From NCBI GenBank assembly GCA_963795805.1, contig CAWCIV010000002.1, positions 138,917 to 202,916 of the forward strand: a stretch of DNA of 64,000 nt. Direction: 5' to 3'. The number at the start of each line of letters is the position of its first letter. Within the stretch, counting starts at the first letter, position 1. The DNA comes from an uncultured Chloroflexia bacterium (lineage in GTDB: Bacteria; Chloroflexota; Dormibacteria; CF-121). Below the pieces are notes generated by a model, which saw nothing but the letters and a program-made list of their open reading frames with translations, made no database searches and had not been told where the DNA came from. Position numbers and translations under genes: made by a program. Positions 27,999 through 36,761 of this stretch are shown piece by piece.

Positions 27999-29038
27999 CC
28001 AAGACCAAAGTCTTCGCCAACCGAACCGATCGCCTCCAGGCGATGAACGATGCACTCGACCGCGAGCTGGGCCGCCTCTCCCAACAGGCGGGATCGAGTC
28101 AGAGTGCGCTGCTGACGGAGATGGTCCAGTATCACCTGGGGCTGCGCCGGACCGGCCACCGGCCGGGAAAGCGGCTGCGGGCCAACATCGCGCTGCTGAC
28201 CTGCGAGGCGTTTGGGCGGCGCTACGCGGAGGCGCTCTGGGCCGGGGTCGCGGTCGAGCTGGTGCACAACTTCTCCCTCGTGCTCGACGATGTCCAGGAC
28301 GGCGACGAGTTGCGTCGCGGGCGCCCCGCGGTCTGGAAGGTCTGGGGAACCGGCCAGGCGATCAATGCCGGGGCGGCGCTGGAGGCCCTCGTGACGCGGT
28401 CGGTGGTCGACCTGCTGCCGGCGCGGCACGCCGATCGAACTCGGCCTGCGCTGTCGCTGCTCTCCGAGGCGATGCTCGCCCTTTGCCGCGGCCAGGTGCT
28501 TGATCTCCAGTTCGAGCAGCGCATCGACGTCTCCGTCGACGAGTACCTGGAGATGATCTCTCTCAAGACCGGCGCGCTGTTCGAGTGCGCGGCGCGCCTT
28601 GGCGGGGTTGCCGCCGGCGCGGGCGAGGCGAGCCTCGATCGGGCGGGACATTTCGGTCACCACCTCGGCCTGGCCTTTCAGGTGATCGACGACATCCTCG
28701 GTGTCTTCGGCTCGACCCAACAGACCGGTAAGCGCGTCGGGAGCGACCTGAAGAATGGGAAGAAGACGCTGCCCACCCTGCATGCCCTGCGCAACGGCCC
28801 GGCCGGTAACCGTCGGGTGCTCCGCTCCCTGCTGACGCGTGCCAGGTTCAGCGCCGAGGAGCTGGAGACCGCCCGCGCCATCATCGCCCAGTCCGGGGCG
28901 CAGCAGGTTTGCCGCCGGCAGGCGTCCGAACACCTGGCCGAGGCCCGCCTCCACCTGTTCTCCATGACCGAGCGGCCCAACTGGGCAGTCCGGGCGCTCG
29001 CCGACATGGTGACGACGCTCGAATCGGCCCTCGGCTAA
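27995..29038 (+). CDS. Short-chain polyprenyl diphosphate synthase (GGPP synthase-like)
   Basis: Starts MTKTKVFANRTDRL, with ATGA overlap to the fni stop. First Asp-rich motif LVLDDVQDGDELRRGRP, with Phe at position -5. Second motif FQVIDDILG. Confidence 0.8.
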   Translation: MTKTKVFANRTDRLQAMNDALDRELGRLSQQAGSSQSALLTEMVQYHLGLRRTGHRPGKRLRANIALLTCEAFGRRYAEALWAGVAVELVHNFSLVLDDVQDGDELRRGRPAVWKVWGTGQAINAGAALEALVTRSVVDLLPARHADRTRPALSLLSEAMLALCRGQVLDLQFEQRIDVSVDEYLEMISLKTGALFECAARLGGVAAGAGEASLDRAGHFGHHLGLAFQVIDDILGVFGSTQQTGKRVGSDLKNGKKTLPTLHALRNGPAGNRRVLRSLLTRARFSAEELETARAIIAQSGAQQVCRRQASEHLAEARLHLFSMTERPNWAVRALADMVTTLESALG

Positions 29039-29088
29039 GCCAGCATGGCCGGCCGTGAGAGAATAGATTTGGAAGGGGCCAGCGTCCA

Positions 29089-29864
29089 ATGCGCATGCCC
29101 AACCGGCGATCAATGAGCTATATCATCTGGGTTCTCCTTGCCCTCCTTGCGCTTGGCCAGCCGGCCGTGAAGACGTCGGCGGCGGCAACGACGGCCAGCG
29201 AGGTCCTCGGCACGCAGGCAACTCCGGCCGATCAGGCCTTTCGCGGGAAATCCTACGTGGCGCTCGGCGACAGCATCAGCGCCGGGCGCTACGCCACCAC
29301 CGCGGATAAGGTCTTTCCCGCGCTGGTCGCGGCGCAGCTCGGGATGAACCTCAACCTGATGGCGAGGAGCGGGGCGAAGGCCGCCTGGGCGCATCCCTCA
29401 ACTGGCGGCGATCGACCAGCGGCACCCTGCGCTCGTCACCATCGAGCTCGGGACCAACGACGTCGGTTTCCAGACACCGGTGGCCGATTTCACCAGCCAG
29501 TACGAGACGATCGTCGACCGCTCTGGCGGTGCCTGGTACGCGGCTGCTCTGCATCGGCAGCTGGCTGCCGTCACCGCTCGTATCGACGACATCATTTCCG
29601 GCATCTGTGAGCGACACGGCGGCAACTTCGTCAGCCTTTCGGGATTCTACGGCGACAGCAGCCTGCATGCCGCAGACGGCGCTCCCGTCTATCTCGGTCG
29701 TGCTGACTGGTTTCACCCAGGCGATGCGGGCCACGCGGCGATTGCCCAGGCGGTACTGGCGAGCCTCGGATCGGAGGTGCCGATGCCCGAGCTGGAGAGT
29801 CCCACAGCCCCAGCCCCCGGCCGCGCCCGGGGGACCCGACGTGATCCGCATCACGCCCCGGTAG
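29089..29864 (+). pseudogene. SGNH/GDSL-family hydrolase (secreted), frame-interrupted as printed
   Basis: Signal-like IIWVLLALLALGQPAV. Block I is YVALGDSISAG. After AKAAWA the protein continues in the +1 frame as IPQLAAIDQRHPALVTIELGTNDV...DWFHPGDAGHAAIAQAV, skipping one base near 29392. More frame changes are possible at 29525-29580. The 3' end is uncertain. Confidence 0.65.
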
Positions 29865-31535
29865 AGACCGGACGCTCCCCGGGTCGGGGCCGCCGCTGCG
29901 CCGGATCGAGCACCTCGTCGATCTTGACCGCCAGGTGCAGCGTCAGGCGAACGTCGGCATCTCGCAGGTCCCTGCTCAGGATCGTCTCGATCCGGCCAAG
30001 CCGGTAGAGCACGGTGTTCCGGTGCAGGTGGAGGTGGTCGGCGGCATCGGTCGGACTGCCGTTGGCCGCCAGGTAGGCCCGCAGCGTGGCGACCAGCACC
30101 CCACCCCGGTCTGCCTGCTGAAGCGGTGCCAGGATGTCGTCGCGAAAGCTGCGCAGCTCAGGCTGGGCCTGCATCCCGAACAGGAAGCGGTAGAGGCCGA
30201 GATCACTGAAGGCGGTGGCCGCCTGGGGGCCGCTCAGGCGGCGTCCCATCTGGAGCGCCTGTTCCGCCTCACGGGCCGCGGCTGAGACGCCCGCCATCCC
30301 CGAACGCACCGCCCCATACCCGACCGCAACCGGCCCGCCGGCGGTCGCCTCGCGCGGTGCGGTGGAACTGGTCGACCAGCGGGCGGGGATCCGGGAGGCC
30401 GCTTGCCGGCCAGGCTGATCAGCGCCAGGATCAGGTCGCCCCGGTCACGCACCAGCGCGTTCAACCGCATGGTGCCAAGCTGCCGTTCCCAGGCGAGGCG
30501 GATGGCGTGAGCCTGACCGCCCTGGCCCGCTTCGGCCGCCAGCACCAGGTAAGGCGCGTCGACATCGAACCCCTTGCGCTTCGCCCGCTCGCGAGCGGCC
30601 TCCTGGGAGCCGGGCCGGGCGGCCGTCAGCACATCGAGCAATTCTTCTTCGACCTCGTCGCGGGCGTCGCGGGCCGCCCGGACGCGGACCAACTCGATCG
30701 CGCAGGCGTGGGCGGCACGGCCGACCGCCAGCCGGTGGAGCTCGCCGAGCTCCCCGTCCGATCCGAGCAGCGAGACGAAGCCCGCGATGCTCCCCTGCAC
30801 CAGGATCGGCGCCACCAGGCGCGACTGCCCGTCGGGCAGGGGACGGGACGAGACGGGGGGATCGAAGGCCGAAAGGGGCACGTCCCGCAACCACGTGTCC
30901 AGCGCCGGACGGTCGCGCGCGATCACCGCCGCCACCGCCGCCGGAAGCTCGCGTGCCGGACCATTGGGAACGTAGTCGAGGGCGGACTCGCGCTCGAGCA
31001 GCACGCCGACGCCGGTGAGCTCGCTGAGCCGGTGCAGCAGCGGGCGAAGACCCCGCCCTGCCAGCGCCAGCTCGCTCAGCTGCCGATGGAGGTCCTGGGC
31101 GCGCTCGTGTAGCTCGGCCCGGCGGTCGATGATGTAGCGCAGCACCCGCTGCTCCACCTCATCCAGCGGCGGGACGGCCGGCAGGGCGAGGAGGGGAAGC
31201 CCGGTGTCCTCGGCAACCCGGCGGGCGTCGTCCGGGACCGCGCCCCGCACGGCGACCCCCGCCACCCCCTGGCCCCCCACCGACGTCAAGAGGCGAGGCA
31301 GGCTCAGCTGCGGGTCGAACGCCCTGAGCGTCGAAGGATCGATCAGGAGCAGCTCGCCCCCGCGGAGCGGCTCGAACGCCGGCGGCCGGGTGCGGAGCGT
31401 CGTACACCATCCGACCTCGCGCCGCAAACTGGAGCCGCCCGCGATCAGCGTGGTGGCGGCTGGTAGGGCGCCGTGCCACACGTCGTCGACGGTTACATGA
31501 GGCTGGGTGGGGGCACCGGCGGTGAGGGCCTGCAT
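29851..31535 (-). pseudogene. PucR/CdaR-family transcriptional regulator, two frame breaks as printed
   Basis: The N-terminal and middle parts are in ORF 30234-31535. The C-terminal HTH (HLHLHRNTVLYRLGRIETIL) is in ORF 29851-30309. The bridge reads ...LISLAGK / GLPDPRPLVDQFHRTA / EATAGGPVAVGYGAVRSGMAGVS..., with one base skipped near 30401 and one near 30352. Confidence 0.7.
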
Positions 31536-31635
31536 TTTCGTGCATTCCGACCCAAGGGACCGGATGCTCGGTAATTATCCCACAGCCGGACGTGCCTCTT
31601 TGGACGCCATGCACAACCTGGGCGCGCCGGGCTCG

Positions 31636-32034
31636 CTAGGGCCGAACGGCTTTCTTTACCCGGCTTCGCCCGGCGCCGTTGCCGTTCGCCCTGGGCGCGG
31701 CCTTCTCGACGCCACCGCGCCAGAGCGATTCGAGATCGTAGTAGGAGCGTTCCCCCGGCAGGAAGATGTGGACGATGACGCTGGCGAAGTCGAGCACGAC
31801 CCAGGACCCCTCCTCGTAGCCGGCCATCCGGAGCGGGCGAAGCCCGGCCGCCTTGCATGCCGCCAGGATCGAATCCGTGATGGCGCGGACCTGGCGATCG
31901 GTGTCGCCTTCACAGATGACGAAGTAGTCCGCAATGGAGGTCTTCTGCCGCAAATCGAGCCGGACCACCCCCCGCGCCTTCTTCTCCGCAGCGGCATTCG
32001 CGATCAGCCGGCTGAGTTGCAGCGGGGTCGCCAT
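31636..32034 (-). CDS. rsfS: Ribosome silencing factor RsfS (iojap-like)
   Basis: 132 aa. IADYFVICEGDTDRQVRAI and WVVLDFASVIVHIF. Confidence 0.85.
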   Translation of the reverse strand: MATPLQLSRLIANAAAEKKARGVVRLDLRQKTSIADYFVICEGDTDRQVRAITDSILAACKAAGLRPLRMAGYEEGSWVVLDFASVIVHIFLPGERSYYDLESLWRGGVEKAAPRANGNGAGRSRVKKAVRP

Positions 32035-32043
32035 TCGTCTCGA

Positions 32044-32715
32044 TTATCCCATCCGGCCGGGGCGAGGGTAGAGGCCGTGCTCTCGGATGTACGCGAGGAC
32101 CTCGGGGCTGAGCAGGTCCTCGACCGGCTGGCCGGTGCTCAGCCGCGCGCGGACGGTTCTGGCTGAGATGGCCGGCGTCTCGATCAGCACCACGCGGGTT
32201 CGGGCCGGCGCGAATCCAAGCCCCTCGAGGTCACTCGGCCCGAGCTCCACCCGCGGACGGCTGAAGATGACGAAGCGGGCCTCGGCAAGCAGGGCGTCGG
32301 ACTCGTGCCAGCTCCGGATCTGCAACGCGGCATCGAAGCCGAGGAGCAGCGTGAACGTCCGGTCGGGCGCCAACGCCCGCAACTGACGGACCGTGTCGAT
32401 CGTGTACGAAATGCCGCCCCGGTCGACTTCGAGCGAGGAGGCCTCGATGCCGTCGACCGGGCGCGCGGCGAGCTCGACCATGCGCAGGCGGTCCCGCGGC
32501 GAGGCGAGCGGGGCCGTCGCCCGGTGCGGCGGCCGGGCGTTGGGCATCAGCCAGACCTCGGACAGTCCGGCGACCAGCCGAAGCTGGGCCGCGGCAGCGA
32601 GGTGGCCGCGGTGGACCGGATCGAAGGTGCCACCGAGGATCCCGGTAACGGGGGTCGGGTCAGCGCTCGGGGTCGTAGAGGAACTCCACGTCGCGAATGC
32701 GGATTGCCTCGCCAC
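32044..32715 (-). CDS. nadD: Nicotinate-nucleotide adenylyltransferase
   Basis: GILGGTFDPVHRGH motif and ISARTVR near the C-terminus. The start is uncertain: the ORF start overlaps the obg 3' end by 56 nt. Confidence 0.8.
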   Translation of the reverse strand: MARQSAFATWSSSTTPSADPTPVTGILGGTFDPVHRGHLAAAAQLRLVAGLSEVWLMPNARPPHRATAPLASPRDRLRMVELAARPVDGIEASSLEVDRGGISYTIDTVRQLRALAPDRTFTLLLGFDAALQIRSWHESDALLAEARFVIFSRPRVELGPSDLEGLGFAPARTRVVLIETPAISARTVRARLSTGQPVEDLLSPEVLAYIREHGLYPRPGRMG

Positions 32716-33940
32716 CCCGGGCGCCGTGACGCGCCAGCGCGTCGTTCAATCCCCAGCGGTCGAGCGTTCGCTGGAAATGGGCGAGGGCGTCCGGGTTGGT
32801 CAGATCCGTCATCGCCAGCAGCCGTTCGAGCTGGTTTCCGGAGACGCGGAAACCACCGACGTCGGGCTCGATGGTGAACGGTTCGGCATTGACCGGCCCC
32901 CGGTAGACCTTGAGCGCCGGGATCGGTCCGCCGGTTGAGTCCTTAGTCCGGCGCTGCAGCGAACGATAGGCAGCCCAGAGCAGGTCCTTGACGCCCTCGC
33001 CGGTGGCGGCCGAGATGGGGAACGATGGACGGCGCAGCTTCACCAGGCGCTGGCGAAGCGCGAGCACCTCGGATGGGTCACTGACGACGTCCATCTTGTT
33101 CAGGGCGATCAGCTGCGGCCGCCGGGCGAGAGCCGCGTTGTAAGCCTTCACCTCGGCGCGCACCTGCTGGTAATCGGCCCACAGTTTGTCCCGGTCCCCG
33201 GCGGATGCATCAAGGAGATGGATGACGACCCGGGTCCGTTCCACGTGCCTGAGAAATTGGAGACCGAGGCCGGCGCCGCTGTGCGCCCCCTCGATCAGGC
33301 CCGGAAGATCCGCCATCACGAAGGTGGCGTCATCGCCCAGCTCGACCACGCCCAGCATGGGTTCCAGCGTCGTGAACGGGTAATCGCCGACCTTCGGACG
33401 CGCGGCGCTCGATGCGGCCAGCAGGGTCGACTTCCCGGCATTCGGCAGGCCCAGGAGGCCGACATCGGCGATCAGCTTCAGTTCCAGACCGAGCCAGCGA
33501 GCCTGTCCCGGCTCGCCGAGCTCCGCGAACCGCGGCGTTTGCCGCGTCGCGCTCTTGAAGGTGGCGTTCCCACGTCCCCCGCGGCCCGCCGTCGCGACCT
33601 GAAGCCGTTGCCCGGGAGCCACCAGGTCGGCCAGCGTGGCGCCGGCCTCGTCTTTCACCACGGTTCCGGGAGGCACCTCCAGAATCAAGTCGGCGCCGTC
33701 CTTCCCGTGCCGCCGGCTGCCCCCGCCACGGCCGCCATTCGGCGCGACGAAGTGATGCTTGTAGCGATAATCCTGGAGCGTGTTCAGCTGGCGGGAGACT
33801 TCGAGGATGACGTGGCCGCCACGACCGCCGTTCCCGCCGTCAGGGCCACCGCGGGGAACGTACTTCTCATGCCGGAAGCTGAGCGCGCCGGCTCCCCCAT
33901 CGCCACCCTTGACATAAATCCTGGCGTGGTCGGTGAACAT
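32660..33940 (-). CDS. obg: GTPase Obg/CgtE
   Basis: Gly-rich Obg fold (GGDGGAGALSFRHEKY...GGNGGRGG). G1 is GLPNAGKST and G3 is DLPGLIEGA. C-terminal OCT-like domain. Confidence 0.95.
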   Translation of the reverse strand: MFTDHARIYVKGGDGGAGALSFRHEKYVPRGGPDGGNGGRGGHVILEVSRQLNTLQDYRYKHHFVAPNGGRGGGSRRHGKDGADLILEVPPGTVVKDEAGATLADLVAPGQRLQVATAGRGGRGNATFKSATRQTPRFAELGEPGQARWLGLELKLIADVGLLGLPNAGKSTLLAASSAARPKVGDYPFTTLEPMLGVVELGDDATFVMADLPGLIEGAHSGAGLGLQFLRHVERTRVVIHLLDASAGDRDKLWADYQQVRAEVKAYNAALARRPQLIALNKMDVVSDPSEVLALRQRLVKLRRPSFPISAATGEGVKDLLWAAYRSLQRRTKDSTGGPIPALKVYRGPVNAEPFTIEPDVGGFRVSGNQLERLLAMTDLTNPDALAHFQRTLDRWGLNDALARHGARGGEAIRIRDVEFLYDPER

Positions 33941-33975
33941 TCGTGGGCGGCCGTCTCCGGCTGCCGGGACGTCGA

Positions 33976-34236
33976 CTAGCCGGCTTCGGCGAGGACGGAG
34001 ACTTTCTTGCGGCCGTGGCCGGTGCGCTCGAAGCGAACGACCCCGTCGATCAGCGCGAAGAGCGTGTGGTCGCGACCCATCCCGACATTGACGCCCGGAA
34101 AGATGGCGGTCCCACGCTGGCGGAGCAGGATAGTCCCCGCGTTCACCGACTGCCCGGCCCCGGTCTTCAACCCGAGCCGCTGCCCAATGCTGTCCCGTCC
34201 GTTGCGCGAACTTCCTCCACCTTTCTTATGTGCCAT
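33976..34236 (-). CDS. rpmA: 50S ribosomal protein L27
   Basis: [16 protein letters not shown]...[10 protein letters not shown]. 86 aa. Confidence 0.95.
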   Translation of the reverse strand: MAHKKGGGSSRNGRDSIGQRLGLKTGAGQSVNAGTILLRQRGTAIFPGVNVGMGRDHTLFALIDGVVRFERTGHGRKKVSVLAEAG

Positions 34237-34239
34237 GCG

Positions 34240-34641
34240 TCATGCTCCTGTTTGAGGCTCGGCGGCCTTTTTCGGTTTTCCTGCGGAGGTCGCGGTCCGG
34301 CTTTTCGTCCCACCCTCGCGCGAGCCGCTGGGAGCGTGGATGGTCCCGATCTGGAGCTCGGACAGCTGCTGGCGGTGGCCGATCTTGCGCCGGTGTCGCT
34401 TGCGGGCCTCGAATTTGAAGACGATCAGCTTCTCGCCGGAGCGATGGGCGACGACGGTCGCGTCCACCAGGGCGCCTTCGACCAGGGGCGTGCCGACGAC
34501 CGGATTGGCATCGCCACCGAGCAGCAACACGGCGTCAAGGCGCACGCTCGCCCCGACCTCTTCCGGCACCCGATCCACCAGGATGCGGTCACCTTCCGAG
34601 ACCCTGAACTGCTTTCCGCTGGTGGCGACGATGGCAAACAT
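34240..34641 (-). CDS. rplU: 50S ribosomal protein L21 with C-terminal basic extension
   Basis: MFAIVATSGKQFRVSEGD...KFEARKRHRRKIGHRQ. Start ATG 34641 (internal to the ORF-track ORF). Roughly 30-aa tail PSGSREGGTKSRTATSAGKPKKAAEPQTGA. Confidence 0.9.
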   Translation of the reverse strand: MFAIVATSGKQFRVSEGDRILVDRVPEEVGASVRLDAVLLLGGDANPVVGTPLVEGALVDATVVAHRSGEKLIVFKFEARKRHRRKIGHRQQLSELQIGTIHAPSGSREGGTKSRTATSAGKPKKAAEPQTGA

Positions 34642-34676
34642 GGATCTCGCGCCCCCGGGCGCGACTGTGTAGTTTA

Positions 34677-35339
34677 TCACGGGATCGGCTCCGGGCCCTT
34701 GTCGACGTGGCTCTCGTAGAAGCGGGTGATCGCATTCTGGTCATAGCTGTCCAGGAATTGGATGTAGTCCCAGGCGACCAGGGCGATCTTTTTCTGCATG
34801 CCGCGGCTGTACGGCGACAGAACGATCTTCATCTCGTTGAACTGAGGCTCGACCGGCACCAGATTGTTGACGTAGTTTTCGAGCTGGTTTCGCAGCGTGG
34901 TGCAGTCGCTTCCGCTGGGGCAGTTGTAGAGGACCACGATGCCCCCGTGCTCGAGGTTGTGGATGTACTGGCCCTCCGCCAGCGTGCTGATCGTCTGCCA
35001 GGGCACCGGGGCAATTCCCTGGGCGTTGTAGTGCGGGCCCGAACTGGGCGGATAGGAGGCATAGGTCGCGGTCGTGGAGGGGTCGATGTGATTCCTCCCC
35101 TCGTCCTGGACCTGCTGCCCGACCAGCGTGGTCACGGCCTGGAATTTGATGTGATTGTTGAGCGCGGTCGCGGCAGATTGACTGAGGATGCGGGCGACGA
35201 CGATGATCGCCAGGGCCAGCACCACGACGCCACCGGCGATGATCATCAGGTTCCGGCGATCCCGGGCTCGCTGGCGCGCGGCGGCCTCTTCCCGCTGCGC
35301 CTGGCGCATCGCCTTCAATTCGCGCTGAGTCTTTGACAT
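34677..35339 (-). CDS. DUF3105-like membrane-anchored protein
   Basis: N-terminal charged region plus TM (LMIIAGGVVVLALAIIVVA). SGPHY...HNLEHGGIVVLYNCP matches my recollection of DUF3105. Confidence 0.55.
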   Translation of the reverse strand: MSKTQRELKAMRQAQREEAAARQRARDRRNLMIIAGGVVVLALAIIVVARILSQSAATALNNHIKFQAVTTLVGQQVQDEGRNHIDPSTTATYASYPPSSGPHYNAQGIAPVPWQTISTLAEGQYIHNLEHGGIVVLYNCPSGSDCTTLRNQLENYVNNLVPVEPQFNEMKIVLSPYSRGMQKKIALVAWDYIQFLDSYDQNAITRFYESHVDKGPEPIP

Positions 35340-35399
35340 CCGGGTCTTATTCTCCCGTAATCACGATAAGGGCGGCATGAGACCCGATGGCAGTGGGGC

Positions 35400-36761
35400 C
35401 TAGCCGGCCGTGACGACGACCGGCGACTGATCGGAGGCCCCGGTGATCTGGGCGTTGCTGCTGTTCCCCGACACGACGTTCGGATGCGGACCAAGCGTGG
35501 CGCCGGCCAGCTTGACGGTGAACGTGATCACCAGGCTGGCGCCGTTGAATCCTCCGGCCGGGATCGTGAACGGTCCCCACTGTGGCGTGGGGCTGCCGGC
35601 ATGTGGCTGAAGCCTCGATGTGGTCCCGCGGCCGTTGATCGCGATCGCATTCGTCGACTGGAAGGTGAAGCCCTGGGGCAGCGTGTCGGTGACGGTGACC
35701 GCCTGGGCGGCGTCATTGCTGGTGTTTTCGACCGTGACGACATAGGTGACGGTGCCGTTCTGGGTCGCGAATGGCCCGCTCGGCGCCACCGTCATGGTGA
35801 TCGGGATGGTGGTGCCCTTCCCCACCGCCACCGGGGCGCTGTTCCCGATCGTTTGTGCGGGAATCTCGTTGGTTCCCGTGACCGCACTGGTCAGGCTGTA
35901 GAGCCCGGGTTTGACGGCGGGGAGCACGCGGGCCTGGAATGTCAGGCGCAGGAGGCCGGGCGCCCCGTTGGCCGCGCCGGGCACATCCCAGGAGGCCCAT
36001 ACCGGTAAGAGGCTGCCCGACGGCGGATCCACCGCCTGAATCCGCGAGCTATTGCCCTCGTAGCCGGAAGTCGCCTGGTAAAGGAAGCCGGGTGGCAGGC
36101 TCACCGAGACCGCCACGCCTTTGGCGGTGGCCGAGCCGGTATTCGCAACCGAGACGACGTAGGTGGCCATCGCGCCGGTGAGCACCTGGGCGGTGGTGGC
36201 TGCCGTGGTCAGGCTGAGGGCAGGCCGTGGCTCGACCACAACCGCGACCGGGTTCCCCTGGTCGAGCTCGACCGGGCTCGAGGTCGCGATGCTGACGCGG
36301 TTGCGATAGTCGCCGGGACTGGTCGCCACCTGCACCTTGAAGCTCAACACGAGCGCGCTCACCGTGGTCCCGTTGCCGGCGGGAATGGTCCAGGTCCCCC
36401 ACAGGGGATTTCCTTTGGGCCCGGGCTCAGTGAGGGACGTGCGAATGGCGTTACCGCCCAGCGTGGTGAATTCGTAATAGTGAAACCCCGCGGGGAGCAC
36501 GTCGGTCACCGTCAAGCCGCGCGCCGGCCCGCTGCCGATGTTTCGGATCGAGATCGTGATGCCGGCGAACGCCCCGGGGGCCAGGTGCCCTTTGTGGTCA
36601 GGACCGCTCGCGACGTCGGTGCTTTGCGTGATCGTCAGCCGCGAGCTCGCGGCTGGCCCGCAGCCCGCGAGCGGCGTGGCGAGCAGGAGGGCGGCCAGGG
36701 CGACGATCAGCGTCGCGCGGCGTCCGCGTCCGGGGGTCTCTGGCGTCCTGCTGTCCTTCAT
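35400..36761 (-). CDS. Lipoprotein with four DUF11-type repeat domains
   Basis: Starts MKDSRTPETPGRGRRATLIVALAALLLATPLAGCG (lipobox LAGC, ATG 36761). Repeated blocks include ITISIRNIGSGPARGLTVTDVLPAGFHY, YVVSVANTGSATAKGVAVSVSLPPGFLY and YVVTVENTSNDAAQAVTVTDTLPQGFTF. Confidence 0.7.
   Translation of the reverse strand: MKDSRTPETPGRGRRATLIVALAALLLATPLAGCGPAASSRLTITQSTDVASGPDHKGHLAPGAFAGITISIRNIGSGPARGLTVTDVLPAGFHYYEFTTLGGNAIRTSLTEPGPKGNPLWGTWTIPAGNGTTVSALVLSFKVQVATSPGDYRNRVSIATSSPVELDQGNPVAVVVEPRPALSLTTAATTAQVLTGAMATYVVSVANTGSATAKGVAVSVSLPPGFLYQATSGYEGNSSRIQAVDPPSGSLLPVWASWDVPGAANGAPGLLRLTFQARVLPAVKPGLYSLTSAVTGTNEIPAQTIGNSAPVAVGKGTTIPITMTVAPSGPFATQNGTVTYVVTVENTSNDAAQAVTVTDTLPQGFTFQSTNAIAINGRGTTSRLQPHAGSPTPQWGPFTIPAGGFNGASLVITFTVKLAGATLGPHPNVVSGNSSNAQITGASDQSPVVVTAG

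Larger units (their letters stand above)
20557..31535. other. Candidate diterpenoid biosynthetic gene cluster with embedded c-di-GMP module
   Basis: Contains MFS (divergent), class II cyclase, class I synthase, GAF-GGDEF-HD-GYP protein, type-2 IDI, polyprenyl synthase, GDSL hydrolase and PucR regulator (convergent). Gaps between the plus-strand genes are 86, 14, -4 and 50 nt. Confidence 0.6.

Noticed and set aside
5773-29113. Numerous long antisense ORFs, e.g. 5773-6927(-), 8409-9509(+), 10141-11307(+), 11566-12804(+), 19052-20104(+), 25540-27030(-), 27473-29113(-). The same class occurs later at 46364-47617(+), 47431-49380(+) and 61162-62898(+).
   Set aside because: Each lies opposite a gene with unmistakable conserved motifs, is Arg/Gly/Pro/Asp-rich and has no motif of its own. 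This is the expected stop-codon-poor antisense frame in GC-rich DNA.
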